From Candidatus Fervidifonticultor quintus (GTDB lineage: Bacteria; Sysuimicrobiota; Sysuimicrobiia; Sysuimicrobiales; Humicultoraceae): a DNA stretch of 28,021 bases. Both the position numbers and the translations under genes were made by a program. The stretch covers positions 1 through 28,021 of the forward strand of contig JAVKIJ010000039.1 in the NCBI GenBank assembly GCA_031459535.1. The letters are read 5' to 3'. Below are positions 18,299-25,752 of the stretch, piece by piece (position 1 is the first letter of the stretch; each line of letters begins with the position of its first letter). A model generated the notes under the pieces. The model made no database searches, was not told the DNA's origin, and saw nothing but the letters and a program-made list of their open reading frames with translations.

Positions 18299-18544
18299 GG
18301 GCGTTGCGGGCGCCAGCCACGTCTCTCGCAGGCGCGGTCAGCAGCGTCTTCCCACCCAGGTACAGGAGAAACGCACCGCCGACCAGGCGCAGCCAGCGCT
18401 GCCCTGGACCAACAGCCCGGACACGAACCCCGCGGCGCGGCCCTGGGCCAGCGTCCGCGGGATGCAGAGAATCTCAATGGGCCCTATCGGCGCGGCAATC
18501 GACAACCCGACGAGGATGCCTCTGGCGAACAGCCCCAACTCCAT
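18291..18544 (-). pseudogene. Decayed LysE-family translocator
   Basis: Frame 1 gives the LysE N-terminus MELGLFARGILVGLSIAAPIGPIEILCI..GRAAGFVSGL. A different frame then gives QRWLRLVGGAFLLYLGGK, a downstream LysE helix. The intervening helix and the C-terminal half are missing. Confidence 0.8.
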
Positions 18545-18565
18545 GAGGTCTGGGGCGACCCACGG

Positions 18566-19129
18566 TCAGTCGCTGATGATCGCGTCGGCCTCGATCTCGA
18601 CGAGCATGTCGGGGTCGATCAGACGGCCGACCTCGACCAGAGTTGTCGCGGGCCGGATGGCATCAAACACCTCGCTGTGCGCCCTGGCGACCTTCTCCCA
18701 GGCCTCGATGTTGGTCACATAGATGCGGGTTCTAACCACGTGCTCCAGACGCGCCCCGGCGGCGTGCAGGGCCGCCTCGATGTTCCGCAACGCCTGCAGC
18801 GCCTGCATGTAGGGATCGCCTCGGCCAACGAGGTTCCCGTCGGTATCGATGGCCGTCGTACCCGACACGTGCACCGCGGCCCCGACGCGGACAGCGCGAG
18901 AGTACCCGACCGAAGACTCCCACGGCGTGCCAGCCTCCACCGTCTGTCGCTGGCCTCGACCCGGCCTGGCCCCCGGTCGCGCCGGCTGCGCCTCGGGCGT
19001 CCTAGGCCGGGCACCCTCGGGCCGTTTGGGTTCAGGGCCCTCCGCTCTCTTCGGCGGTGGAGAGCCCCCCGGGTCTTGTCGTACCCACTTGACGATGCGG
19101 CTGGGGCCCTTCGGTCCGTCTCCGCTCAT
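18566..19129 (-). CDS. RidA/YjgF/UK114-family protein with a Pro/Arg-rich N-terminal extension
   Basis: GTPWESSVGYSRAVRVG, VSGTT, VVRTRIYV, IRPATTLVEV, LVEIEADA. GGGGAGG RBS before ATG 19129. Confidence 0.9.
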   Translation of the reverse strand: MSGDGPKGPSRIVKWVRQDPGGSPPPKRAEGPEPKRPEGARPRTPEAQPARPGARPGRGQRQTVEAGTPWESSVGYSRAVRVGAAVHVSGTTAIDTDGNLVGRGDPYMQALQALRNIEAALHAAGARLEHVVRTRIYVTNIEAWEKVARAHSEVFDAIRPATTLVEVGRLIDPDMLVEIEADAIISD

Positions 19130-19254
19130 GCGTCCTCCCCCGCGGGTAGTTCCGGCCTATGGAGTCTTCGCACCCGGCTGCGCTGACCCTGCACCACGCC
19201 GACGGAGCGTGGGACAGCTGGGCTCGACGTCGGTCCGCATCTCCGGTCCAGACC

Positions 19255-19284
19255 CGATGCCAGCCGGGCAATCTCCTGGCATCG
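19255..19284. promoter_or_regulatory. Perfect 9-bp inverted repeat in the divergent rid / bd-like intergenic region
   Basis: CGATGCCAG-N12-CTGGCATCG. Confidence 0.35.
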
Positions 19285-19333
19285 TACGGGTGAGGACTCC
19301 GGTTCTGCGCCCGCGGGAGCTCAGGAGGCTGCT

Positions 19334-20701
19334 ATGCACTACCCCTGGTGGTACGTCCCGTTCCTGACGGCGCCGATGCTCATCGCCATCGTCGCCGTCC
19401 TCCACGTCCTCGTGTCGCACTACGCGGTGGGCGGTGGATTGTTCCTGGCTCTGGAGACCCAATACGCCTATCGGGTCAAGAACAGGGCGTACCTCGACTA
19501 TCTGCGGGCTCACGCCTGGTTCTTCATCCTGCTGACGGTGGTCTTCGGCGCGATCAGTGGGGTCGGCATCTGGTGGACCATCGGCCTGGCATCGCCGCTG
19601 GCCACCGAGACGTTGATCCACACCTTCGTCTTCGGCTGGGCGATGGAATACGTCTTCTTCGTGCTGGAAATCGTCTCGGCGTTCATCTTCTACTACTACT
19701 GGGGGCGCCTGCGGCCGCAGACACACGTGCAGATCGGGTGGATCTACGGTGCCTCGGCGTGGATCAGCCTGGTATTGATCACTGGCATCACGGGTTTCAT
19801 GCTGAATCCCGGCGCCTGGCTCCAGCACCGGAGTTTCTGGGTCGGTTTCTTCAACCCTCAGTTCGTCCCCCAGGTGCTGGCGCGCACTGGCGGCGCCTTT
19901 CTGCTGGCCTCGCTCTACGTGTACCTGCACGCGTCCTTCAAGGTGCACGACCCGGCGCTGCGCGACCTGATCGAGAAGCGGTCGGCGCGACCGGCACTGG
20001 CGGGCGCCATCCTGATTCTGTTGGGCGGCGCGGGATGGTACCTGTTCCTTCCGCCGTCGGCGAGAGCGGCGCTGGCGGCCGCCCCCGTGCTGAACGTGCT
20101 GATGGTCCTGATCTTCGCCACCACCATCATCGTCTTCCTCATGCTCTACTTCGGACCGTACCGGAACCCTGGCTGGCTGACACCCGGGTTCGCCATCCTG
20201 TTCTTTGTGTTCGGTGCGACGGCGTTCTCCACCGGCGAGTACATCCGCGAGGCGGTGCGCAAGCCGTACATCGTGTATCAAGTGGTCCTCGGCAATCAGC
20301 TCCTCGCCGAGGAGATGCCCCGGGTGCGGGAGGTCGGCTATCTCGAAGGCGGCGTCTGGACCAAGGCGTTCGTCGCGGCACACTACCCCCACGTCATGAA
20401 CGGCGGCAAGGTGGACCGCGCCAAGCTGCTGGCCCTGCCCGAGGCCGACCAGGTGCGGCTGGGTCGCGTGATCTTCCAGTACGCGTGCAACAACTGCCAC
20501 ACCGAGGTGGCGGGCTACTCGCCCGTCAGCCAGCTCACCAGGGGCTGGAACGCCGACACCATCCGGGCGGCGATTCCGTCACTGGGTGACCTGTCCATCT
20601 TCATGCCGGCCTGGGTCGGCACCCCGGAGGAGGTGGAGCTGCTGACCCGATACCTGGCCACGATCGCAGCGCCGCGTCCCAGGCCGCTGACACCTCCCTA
20701 G
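19334..20701 (+). CDS. Cytochrome bd oxidase subunit I (CydA)-like membrane protein with a C-terminal c-type monoheme domain
   Basis: HVLVSH in TM1, FGAISGVGIW, WAMEYVFFVLE (E99/E107-like), GFMLNP, GEYIREAVRKPY (ExGRQPW-like). C-terminal CNNCH with a downstream MP as candidate distal Met. AGGAGG RBS. Confidence 0.8.
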   Translation: MHYPWWYVPFLTAPMLIAIVAVLHVLVSHYAVGGGLFLALETQYAYRVKNRAYLDYLRAHAWFFILLTVVFGAISGVGIWWTIGLASPLATETLIHTFVFGWAMEYVFFVLEIVSAFIFYYYWGRLRPQTHVQIGWIYGASAWISLVLITGITGFMLNPGAWLQHRSFWVGFFNPQFVPQVLARTGGAFLLASLYVYLHASFKVHDPALRDLIEKRSARPALAGAILILLGGAGWYLFLPPSARAALAAAPVLNVLMVLIFATTIIVFLMLYFGPYRNPGWLTPGFAILFFVFGATAFSTGEYIREAVRKPYIVYQVVLGNQLLAEEMPRVREVGYLEGGVWTKAFVAAHYPHVMNGGKVDRAKLLALPEADQVRLGRVIFQYACNNCHTEVAGYSPVSQLTRGWNADTIRAAIPSLGDLSIFMPAWVGTPEEVELLTRYLATIAAPRPRPLTPP

Positions 20702-20715
20702 ACAGGAGAGGACCC

Positions 20716-21843
20716 ATGGATCCCACACGGTTGATCGGTCCGTCCAGCCCCCTGGGCTTCCCGGCGCCCTACTGGTTCATGGCCGCCCTCAAGGTGCTGG
20801 GCTTCACGCTCCACCTGATCCCCATGGGCCTGTGGTTCGCCGGGATTCTGGTGGCCATGATCGTCTGCCGGCGCGGCGAGCAGCCCCGGCGCTTCGCTCA
20901 CCGCCTCATGACACAGATGCCGGTCATCGTCGCGCTGGGCGTCAACTTCGGGATCGTGCCGCTCCTGTTCATCCAGGTGGCCTACTATCGGGTCTTCTAT
21001 CCCGCGACCATCCTGCTGGCCTGGCCCTGGTTCGCCGTGATCGTCCTGTTGTTGGTGGCCTATTACGGCGTCTACCTCTATGCGCTGGGACTGCGCGAGG
21101 CGATGACGCCCGCGCGCAGCGTTGCTGGATGGGTCGCGGCGGTGCTCTTCGTCGTCATCGGCTTCATCTTCAGCAACGTGTTCTCGCTGATGACGAACCT
21201 GCCGGCCTGGGCGGGGCTCTGGATGCGCGGCAGTGTGGCCGGCGCCACGACCGGCCTGTCCCTGAATGCAGGCGACGCGACCCTGTGGCCCCGGTGGCTG
21301 TTGACCCTCGGCCTGGCGCTGATGACGACCGCCGCCTATGCGGTGGTGGACGCGGGGTTCTTCGCGCGTCGTGAGCCCGAGGCGTACCGGCGCTGGGTCC
21401 GGCGCTTCGCAGGGGGGCTCTATGCGCTGGGCGCCGTCTGGTACGCCGGCGCGTCTGCGTGGTATGTCTTCGGCACGTGGAGTACCGAACTGCGTGCGCT
21501 GATGTCGAGTGGTGGGATGGCAGTCCTCACGGTCCTGACAGCCGTGGCGCCGCTGCTGACGCTGGTGGTGATGCTGGCACAGCGGAACGAGGTCACAGGG
21601 GCGTTGGCCGCGGTCGTGGGCCTGCTCCAGGTCGTCGTCCTGGCGCTGAACGCCATCAGCCGGCAGGTGGTCCAGAACGCCGAGTTGCGGCGCTTCCTGG
21701 ACGTGACCGCTGAGCGCCTCCAGATCCAGTGGAGCCCCCTGGTGCTGTTCCTGCTCCTGTTCGTCGCAGGGCTGGGCGTTGTAGCCTGGATGATCGCCAG
21801 GGCCCTGGAGGCCAGCCGACAGCCGGCTCCCGCACGGCGCTAG
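20716..21843 (+). CDS. Polytopic membrane protein, probable second subunit of the bd-like complex (divergent CydA-fold)
   Basis: About 9 TM segments, TM1 His (FTLHLIPM), GVNFGIVPLLFIQV. Starts 14 nt after the preceding gene with an AGGAGAGG RBS. Confidence 0.6.
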   Translation: MDPTRLIGPSSPLGFPAPYWFMAALKVLGFTLHLIPMGLWFAGILVAMIVCRRGEQPRRFAHRLMTQMPVIVALGVNFGIVPLLFIQVAYYRVFYPATILLAWPWFAVIVLLLVAYYGVYLYALGLREAMTPARSVAGWVAAVLFVVIGFIFSNVFSLMTNLPAWAGLWMRGSVAGATTGLSLNAGDATLWPRWLLTLGLALMTTAAYAVVDAGFFARREPEAYRRWVRRFAGGLYALGAVWYAGASAWYVFGTWSTELRALMSSGGMAVLTVLTAVAPLLTLVVMLAQRNEVTGALAAVVGLLQVVVLALNAISRQVVQNAELRRFLDVTAERLQIQWSPLVLFLLLFVAGLGVVAWMIARALEASRQPAPARR

Positions 21844-21868
21844 CACCCTCACCGGAAGCCCGGAGGTC

Positions 21869-21915
21869 TTGACAGAGCGACCTCAAGTGCTCTATTTATT
21901 TAGGAGTCCTAAGTA
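21869..21915 (+). promoter_or_regulatory. Sigma70-type promoter (-35 TTGACA at 21869-21874) and palindromic operator (21897-21915) upstream of marR
   Basis: Perfect TTGACA, then an AT-rich TCTATTTATT at -10 distance, overlapped and followed by the dyad TAtTTAGGA-G-TCCTAAgTA. Confidence 0.65.
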
Positions 21916-21931
21916 TAGGCCTTGATGCACC

Positions 21932-22576
21932 ATGACGCCCGATCCCTTTGATATCGCTGCGGACCCGCCGGCGCAGCGCATTGCGACCGGCCTGGCCAAG
22001 GTGGGGCTCGCACTCAAGCACCAGGCCTGGCGCCGGGCCGGTCGGCGGGGGCTCTCGCCCACCCAGGCGCAGATCCTGACGACGCTGCGGCCGGCGCCGC
22101 GGGGGATGCGCCTCGGGGAAGTGGCCGAGCGGCTGGCCGTCACGGCCGCCACCGCCAGTGAGGCGGTGGGCGCGCTGGCGCGGAAAGGATTGGTCCGCAA
22201 GGTGCGGCATCCGGCTGATCCCCGGGCACTAGCCCTCCGGCTCACACCGGCGGGTCGTCGGGAGGCCTGCCGCGTCGCCGGCTGGCCCGACGTCCTGCTG
22301 GAGGCCCTGGACGCCCTCGAACCCGAAGAGCAGGCCGTCTTCCTGCGAGGGCTGGTCAGGATGATCCACCTCCTGCAGCAACGGGGACAGATTCCCGTCT
22401 CGCAGATGTGTGTCACATGTCGTTTCTTCCGACCGTACCTGCACCGAGACCCAGAGCGCCCGCACCACTGCGCGTTCGTCGACGCACCCTTTGGCGACCG
22501 TCATCTGCGGCTGGACTGCCCCGATCACCAGCCGGCAGTCCCACAACACCTCGAGATGAGGAGGTCGGGCACATGA
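21932..22576 (+). CDS. MarR-family regulator with a C-terminal 4-Cys metal-binding domain
   Basis: GLSPTQAQIL, LAVTAATASEAVGALARKGLV, DPRALALRLTPAG (MarR wHTH). C-terminal C-x2-C-x16-C-x15-C with flanking His. Confidence 0.88.
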   Translation: MTPDPFDIAADPPAQRIATGLAKVGLALKHQAWRRAGRRGLSPTQAQILTTLRPAPRGMRLGEVAERLAVTAATASEAVGALARKGLVRKVRHPADPRALALRLTPAGRREACRVAGWPDVLLEALDALEPEEQAVFLRGLVRMIHLLQQRGQIPVSQMCVTCRFFRPYLHRDPERPHHCAFVDAPFGDRHLRLDCPDHQPAVPQHLEMRRSGT

Positions 22577-23163
22577 GTCAGCAGACCATCCCAGGCTACA
22601 CGTACGGCACCGCCCAGGTGGCCCCATCACCGGTGACGTCAGAGGACCTGGCGCGCCTCAAGCAGAGCGTCCTGTTCACCGCGGACGACGAGCGCTACCT
22701 GCGCATGGCCGGCGATGTGCTCGCCGACCAGGTGGAGGAGATCCTGGATCTGTGGTACGGGTTCGTCGGATCGCACGCGCACCTGGTCTACTACTTCACC
22801 GCCCCCGACGGCCAGCCCGATGCTGCCTATCTTGCGGCCGTTCGGCGGCGGTTCGGCCAGTGGATTCTCGATACCTGTCGGCGTCCCTACGATCAGGACT
22901 GGCTGAACTATCAGCACGAGATCGGCCTGCGCCACCACCGGGCCAAGAAGAACCAAACCGACGGCGTGCGCTCGGTCCCCCACATCGGCCTGCGGTACCT
23001 GGTCGCCTTCATCTACCCCATCACGGCCACCATCAAGCCGTTCCTGGCCAAGCGGGGCCACAGCGCCGACGAGGTGGAGAAGATGTACCAGGCGTGGTTC
23101 AAGTCGGTGGTGTTGCAGGTCGCGCTGTGGAGCCGCGCGTACGTCAGCGGGGACGACTGGTAG
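22573..23163 (+). CDS. Protoglobin
   Basis: 196 aa from an ATG overlapping the marR stop (ATGA). IPGYTYG..SPV, ILDLWYGFV, RRFGQWILDT, YDQDWLNYQHEIGLRHHRAKKNQTD, IKPFLA, AWFKSV, all characteristic of protoglobins. Confidence 0.93.
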   Translation: MSQQTIPGYTYGTAQVAPSPVTSEDLARLKQSVLFTADDERYLRMAGDVLADQVEEILDLWYGFVGSHAHLVYYFTAPDGQPDAAYLAAVRRRFGQWILDTCRRPYDQDWLNYQHEIGLRHHRAKKNQTDGVRSVPHIGLRYLVAFIYPITATIKPFLAKRGHSADEVEKMYQAWFKSVVLQVALWSRAYVSGDDW

Positions 23164-23166
23164 TCC

Positions 23167-24045
23167 CTAGGGGCGCGGGGCGAACTCCACTGGCCACCAC
23201 GTGAGGGTGACGCTCTTCTGTCCGTTGCGCTGACGCTGGTGGCCGTCCCACACCGCGACGTTGAGCAGGGTTCGTGACCCCACTGCAAACCGCACGTCGG
23301 CTTCGTCGGAGGTGACCAGCGGCCGGGCCATCACCACCGTCCACCGCCCGCTCCTCCACGCGCCGAAGCCGATCACGTCCTGGTGCGGTTGCGTGGTGAC
23401 GGTGCCGAAGCCCCAGGCAACCAGGTCTTCCACGGCGCTGGTGCGCCGCGGGCGGGAGAGCAGGTTGCCCGCCGCCACGCCGGCGTTGAACCCCTCCCGA
23501 TCCCTGGCCGTCTTCGCCAGTTGCACGTCGTAGTAGTAGTCGACGAACATGTGGGGATAGACGGCCCGCAGGTCCCGGCCGCGCGTCACCTCGTCCTGCC
23601 AGGCGGCCTTCCACTGCCAGATGTTCACCGGCCGGTTCCGATCGCCCATGAGCGGGCTCGCGAGTGGTGGAGCCGTGCTCATGGGGAACTGCAGGGCCAC
23701 GGCGTCCGTGAATCCGGCTGGCCCCAACGGACCCCGGTCCGGCGTGGCGTCCGCCCAGGTGAGCTCGAAGTACGCCATCCGACCGTCGTGCAGCGCACGT
23801 ACCCGGATCTCCTTGACGGTCCCTCCGCCGAACGGTTTGATGAGGGTCTGCGCGACCAGAGGGATGGCACGCGGCGTCGCCTGACGGAACGCCGCGTCAG
23901 CGGCCCCGGGATCCAGCGGCACCTTGGATGCGGTGAAGGCGGCGACGATCGGCGGCTGCTGCGGCTGTCCCACTGCCATGACCACCGTCAAGCCCAGCAC
24001 CAGGAATGCCGTCAGGCCTCCTGCGGCAAGCCGGCGAACGTTCAT
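23167..24045 (-). CDS. nxrC: Type II DMSO-reductase-family heme-b gamma subunit (NxrC/EbdC-like, periplasmic)
   Basis: Signal peptide MNVRRLAAGG..; WADAT, FTDAVALQFP, PLMGD (Met ligand), PVNIWQWKA, GFGTVT, GRWTVVMARPL, AVWDG..RNGQKS (Lys ligand). ATG overlaps the upstream stop. Confidence 0.82.
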   Translation of the reverse strand: MNVRRLAAGGLTAFLVLGLTVVMAVGQPQQPPIVAAFTASKVPLDPGAADAAFRQATPRAIPLVAQTLIKPFGGGTVKEIRVRALHDGRMAYFELTWADATPDRGPLGPAGFTDAVALQFPMSTAPPLASPLMGDRNRPVNIWQWKAAWQDEVTRGRDLRAVYPHMFVDYYYDVQLAKTARDREGFNAGVAAGNLLSRPRRTSAVEDLVAWGFGTVTTQPHQDVIGFGAWRSGRWTVVMARPLVTSDEADVRFAVGSRTLLNVAVWDGHQRQRNGQKSVTLTWWPVEFAPRP

Positions 24046-24989
24046 AGTCGGCCCCCGATCTCCACGGTCACCTCGTACCCTTCCACGCACCGCTCGCACG
24101 CGCCCAGCGCCGCAGTCCATCCCGGGAAGTCGATGCTGATGCGGGCCGCCACGACCTCGGGGATGGCCGCGGCCCAGGTGTACGTGGGAAATCCACACAA
24201 CGGGCACGGAGCCCCCAAGACCGGCGCAGAGTGTTCCTGCCCCCTCGCCGCCGTCAGGGCCGGCACCCCGGCCCACGCAGCCAGGGCCTGCCAGTGACGC
24301 GCGTACTCCACGAGCGCGTCGTACGTCGGGCGCTGTCCGTCCCACAGGCGCCCGACCACCAGTGGAGCGAGGTCCCGGGGACACTCGGGAAACAGTCGGC
24401 GAAAGGCTTCGCACCGCTCGTCGCGTTCGGCCAGTGGTGCGCGGCCCGCCCTGGCCGTTCGGCCGTCTACCACACAGTCCCACAAGAGCCCGAAGCGTTC
24501 ACCCCCAAGACGCCCCAGGGCCCGGCCCGGTAGCGGAGTCACGCTGTGCCCATATCCAAACGCCGGGTCGAGCATGTCGGCCACATGGCCCAGCTCGTGA
24601 TCCAGCCATCGCGACAGATCCGGCGATCCGAACCGCTCGGCCATGATGCGAATCCCCAGGGTAGCGTGATCGGGGCTGATATCGGCTCCCTCTTCGCCCG
24701 CATGCCAGGCACGCGCCACCATCACCACCTCGAACGGGCGCGCCAGACGCTCGAGGGCCTCGACGATGGCTCGGTCGCAACCCAACTCCTCGAAGAATCG
24801 GGCGTGTAGCGCGACGAAGGCGGCGCGCCGCAGGCGTGGGTCGTCGAACCGACGGTAGACCGCGTCGGCCTCGCGCCGGTACCGTTCGCGCACCGATGCA
24901 TCGCCGCCACGGGCGCGGTCGCGCATCTCTTGCAGGATCACGGCTTCCTGCAGGTCGGGCGCGAAGCGCAGGGACGGCTGTGGCGTCAT
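24042..24989 (-). CDS. Hypothetical protein with an HExxH zincin motif and a C-terminal CxxC...CxxC finger
   Basis: WLDHELGHVADMLDPAFGY; CPLCGFPT ... GACERCVE. ATGA overlaps with both neighbours inside the nxr operon. Confidence 0.8.
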   Translation of the reverse strand: MTPQPSLRFAPDLQEAVILQEMRDRARGGDASVRERYRREADAVYRRFDDPRLRRAAFVALHARFFEELGCDRAIVEALERLARPFEVVMVARAWHAGEEGADISPDHATLGIRIMAERFGSPDLSRWLDHELGHVADMLDPAFGYGHSVTPLPGRALGRLGGERFGLLWDCVVDGRTARAGRAPLAERDERCEAFRRLFPECPRDLAPLVVGRLWDGQRPTYDALVEYARHWQALAAWAGVPALTAARGQEHSAPVLGAPCPLCGFPTYTWAAAIPEVVAARISIDFPGWTAALGACERCVEGYEVTVEIGGRL

Positions 24990-25738
24990 GGTGGCGGGGC
25001 TATCGGGCACCCGTCTGCGCCGCAGACGGGGTGTGCGGCATCAGGGAGCTCCGCGTCCGGTGACGGGAGCAGATCCGGATCGCCGAGCGGGCTGGCGCCG
25101 ACGGCGGCCGCGTCGGCCGCAACCCACGCCGCCAGCGCCGCGGCCAGAGCCCTGTACGGGTCACCGGCCGTGTTGCCCACCAGGCGGCTGAGGGCCGGGA
25201 CCCAACGGCCGAGGTGGTCGCGCAGAAACGCCCGCTGGGCGTCCGCCAGCAGGGCGACGTGGTCCGGGCCGTGGTGCTGACGCGCGTACGCCTCACGGTA
25301 GGCGAGGACGTGCATGAACTCCAGTTCGAGGCTGATGTGATCGGGCCGCTCACGCACCGCGTCGCCCACCTGCAGGCCGAACGCCCGGTAGAAGCCTGCC
25401 ACATCGGCCAGGCACTGGGCCTGGGGGAAGATCCCGCCCGGCACGTACTGCGCCTCGTACAGCGGGCAGTCGCCGCCCACGCGGTGCCCGAAGACACGAT
25501 AGTACTCGGCGCGCAGCGCGTCGCCCCCCGTCTCCGCGCACGCCCGTCCGAGGGCCTCCAGCGCGGCGGCCGCGTCCTGGGACGCGCTCCGAGCCGCCTG
25601 CGCCACGGTCTGCCACTGCGCCGGGTCAATGGCCAGCAGGCTTTCGTCCGGCGGCCGCATGGCCGTCGAGAGAAATCGGTAGACGAGGCTGCGCCTCAGC
25701 GCGTGTGCTATGACTTCGGCCTGCTCGACCGCCTGCAT
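24986..25738 (-). CDS. TorD/DmsD/NarJ-family molybdoenzyme maturation chaperone
   Basis: RSLVYRFLS, EYYRVFG, CPLYEAQY, DVAGFYRAFG, ERPDHISLELEFM, QRAFLRDHLGRW. Confidence 0.92.
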   Translation of the reverse strand: MQAVEQAEVIAHALRRSLVYRFLSTAMRPPDESLLAIDPAQWQTVAQAARSASQDAAAALEALGRACAETGGDALRAEYYRVFGHRVGGDCPLYEAQYVPGGIFPQAQCLADVAGFYRAFGLQVGDAVRERPDHISLELEFMHVLAYREAYARQHHGPDHVALLADAQRAFLRDHLGRWVPALSRLVGNTAGDPYRALAAALAAWVAADAAAVGASPLGDPDLLPSPDAELPDAAHPVCGADGCPIAPPP

Positions 25739-25752
25739 GGATGACCCCACGG

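Noticed and set aside
21897-21915. DtxR/IdeR iron box
   Set aside because: It shares only the TTAGG...CCTAA ends, with a much shorter spacing; the adjacent MarR is the simpler explanation.
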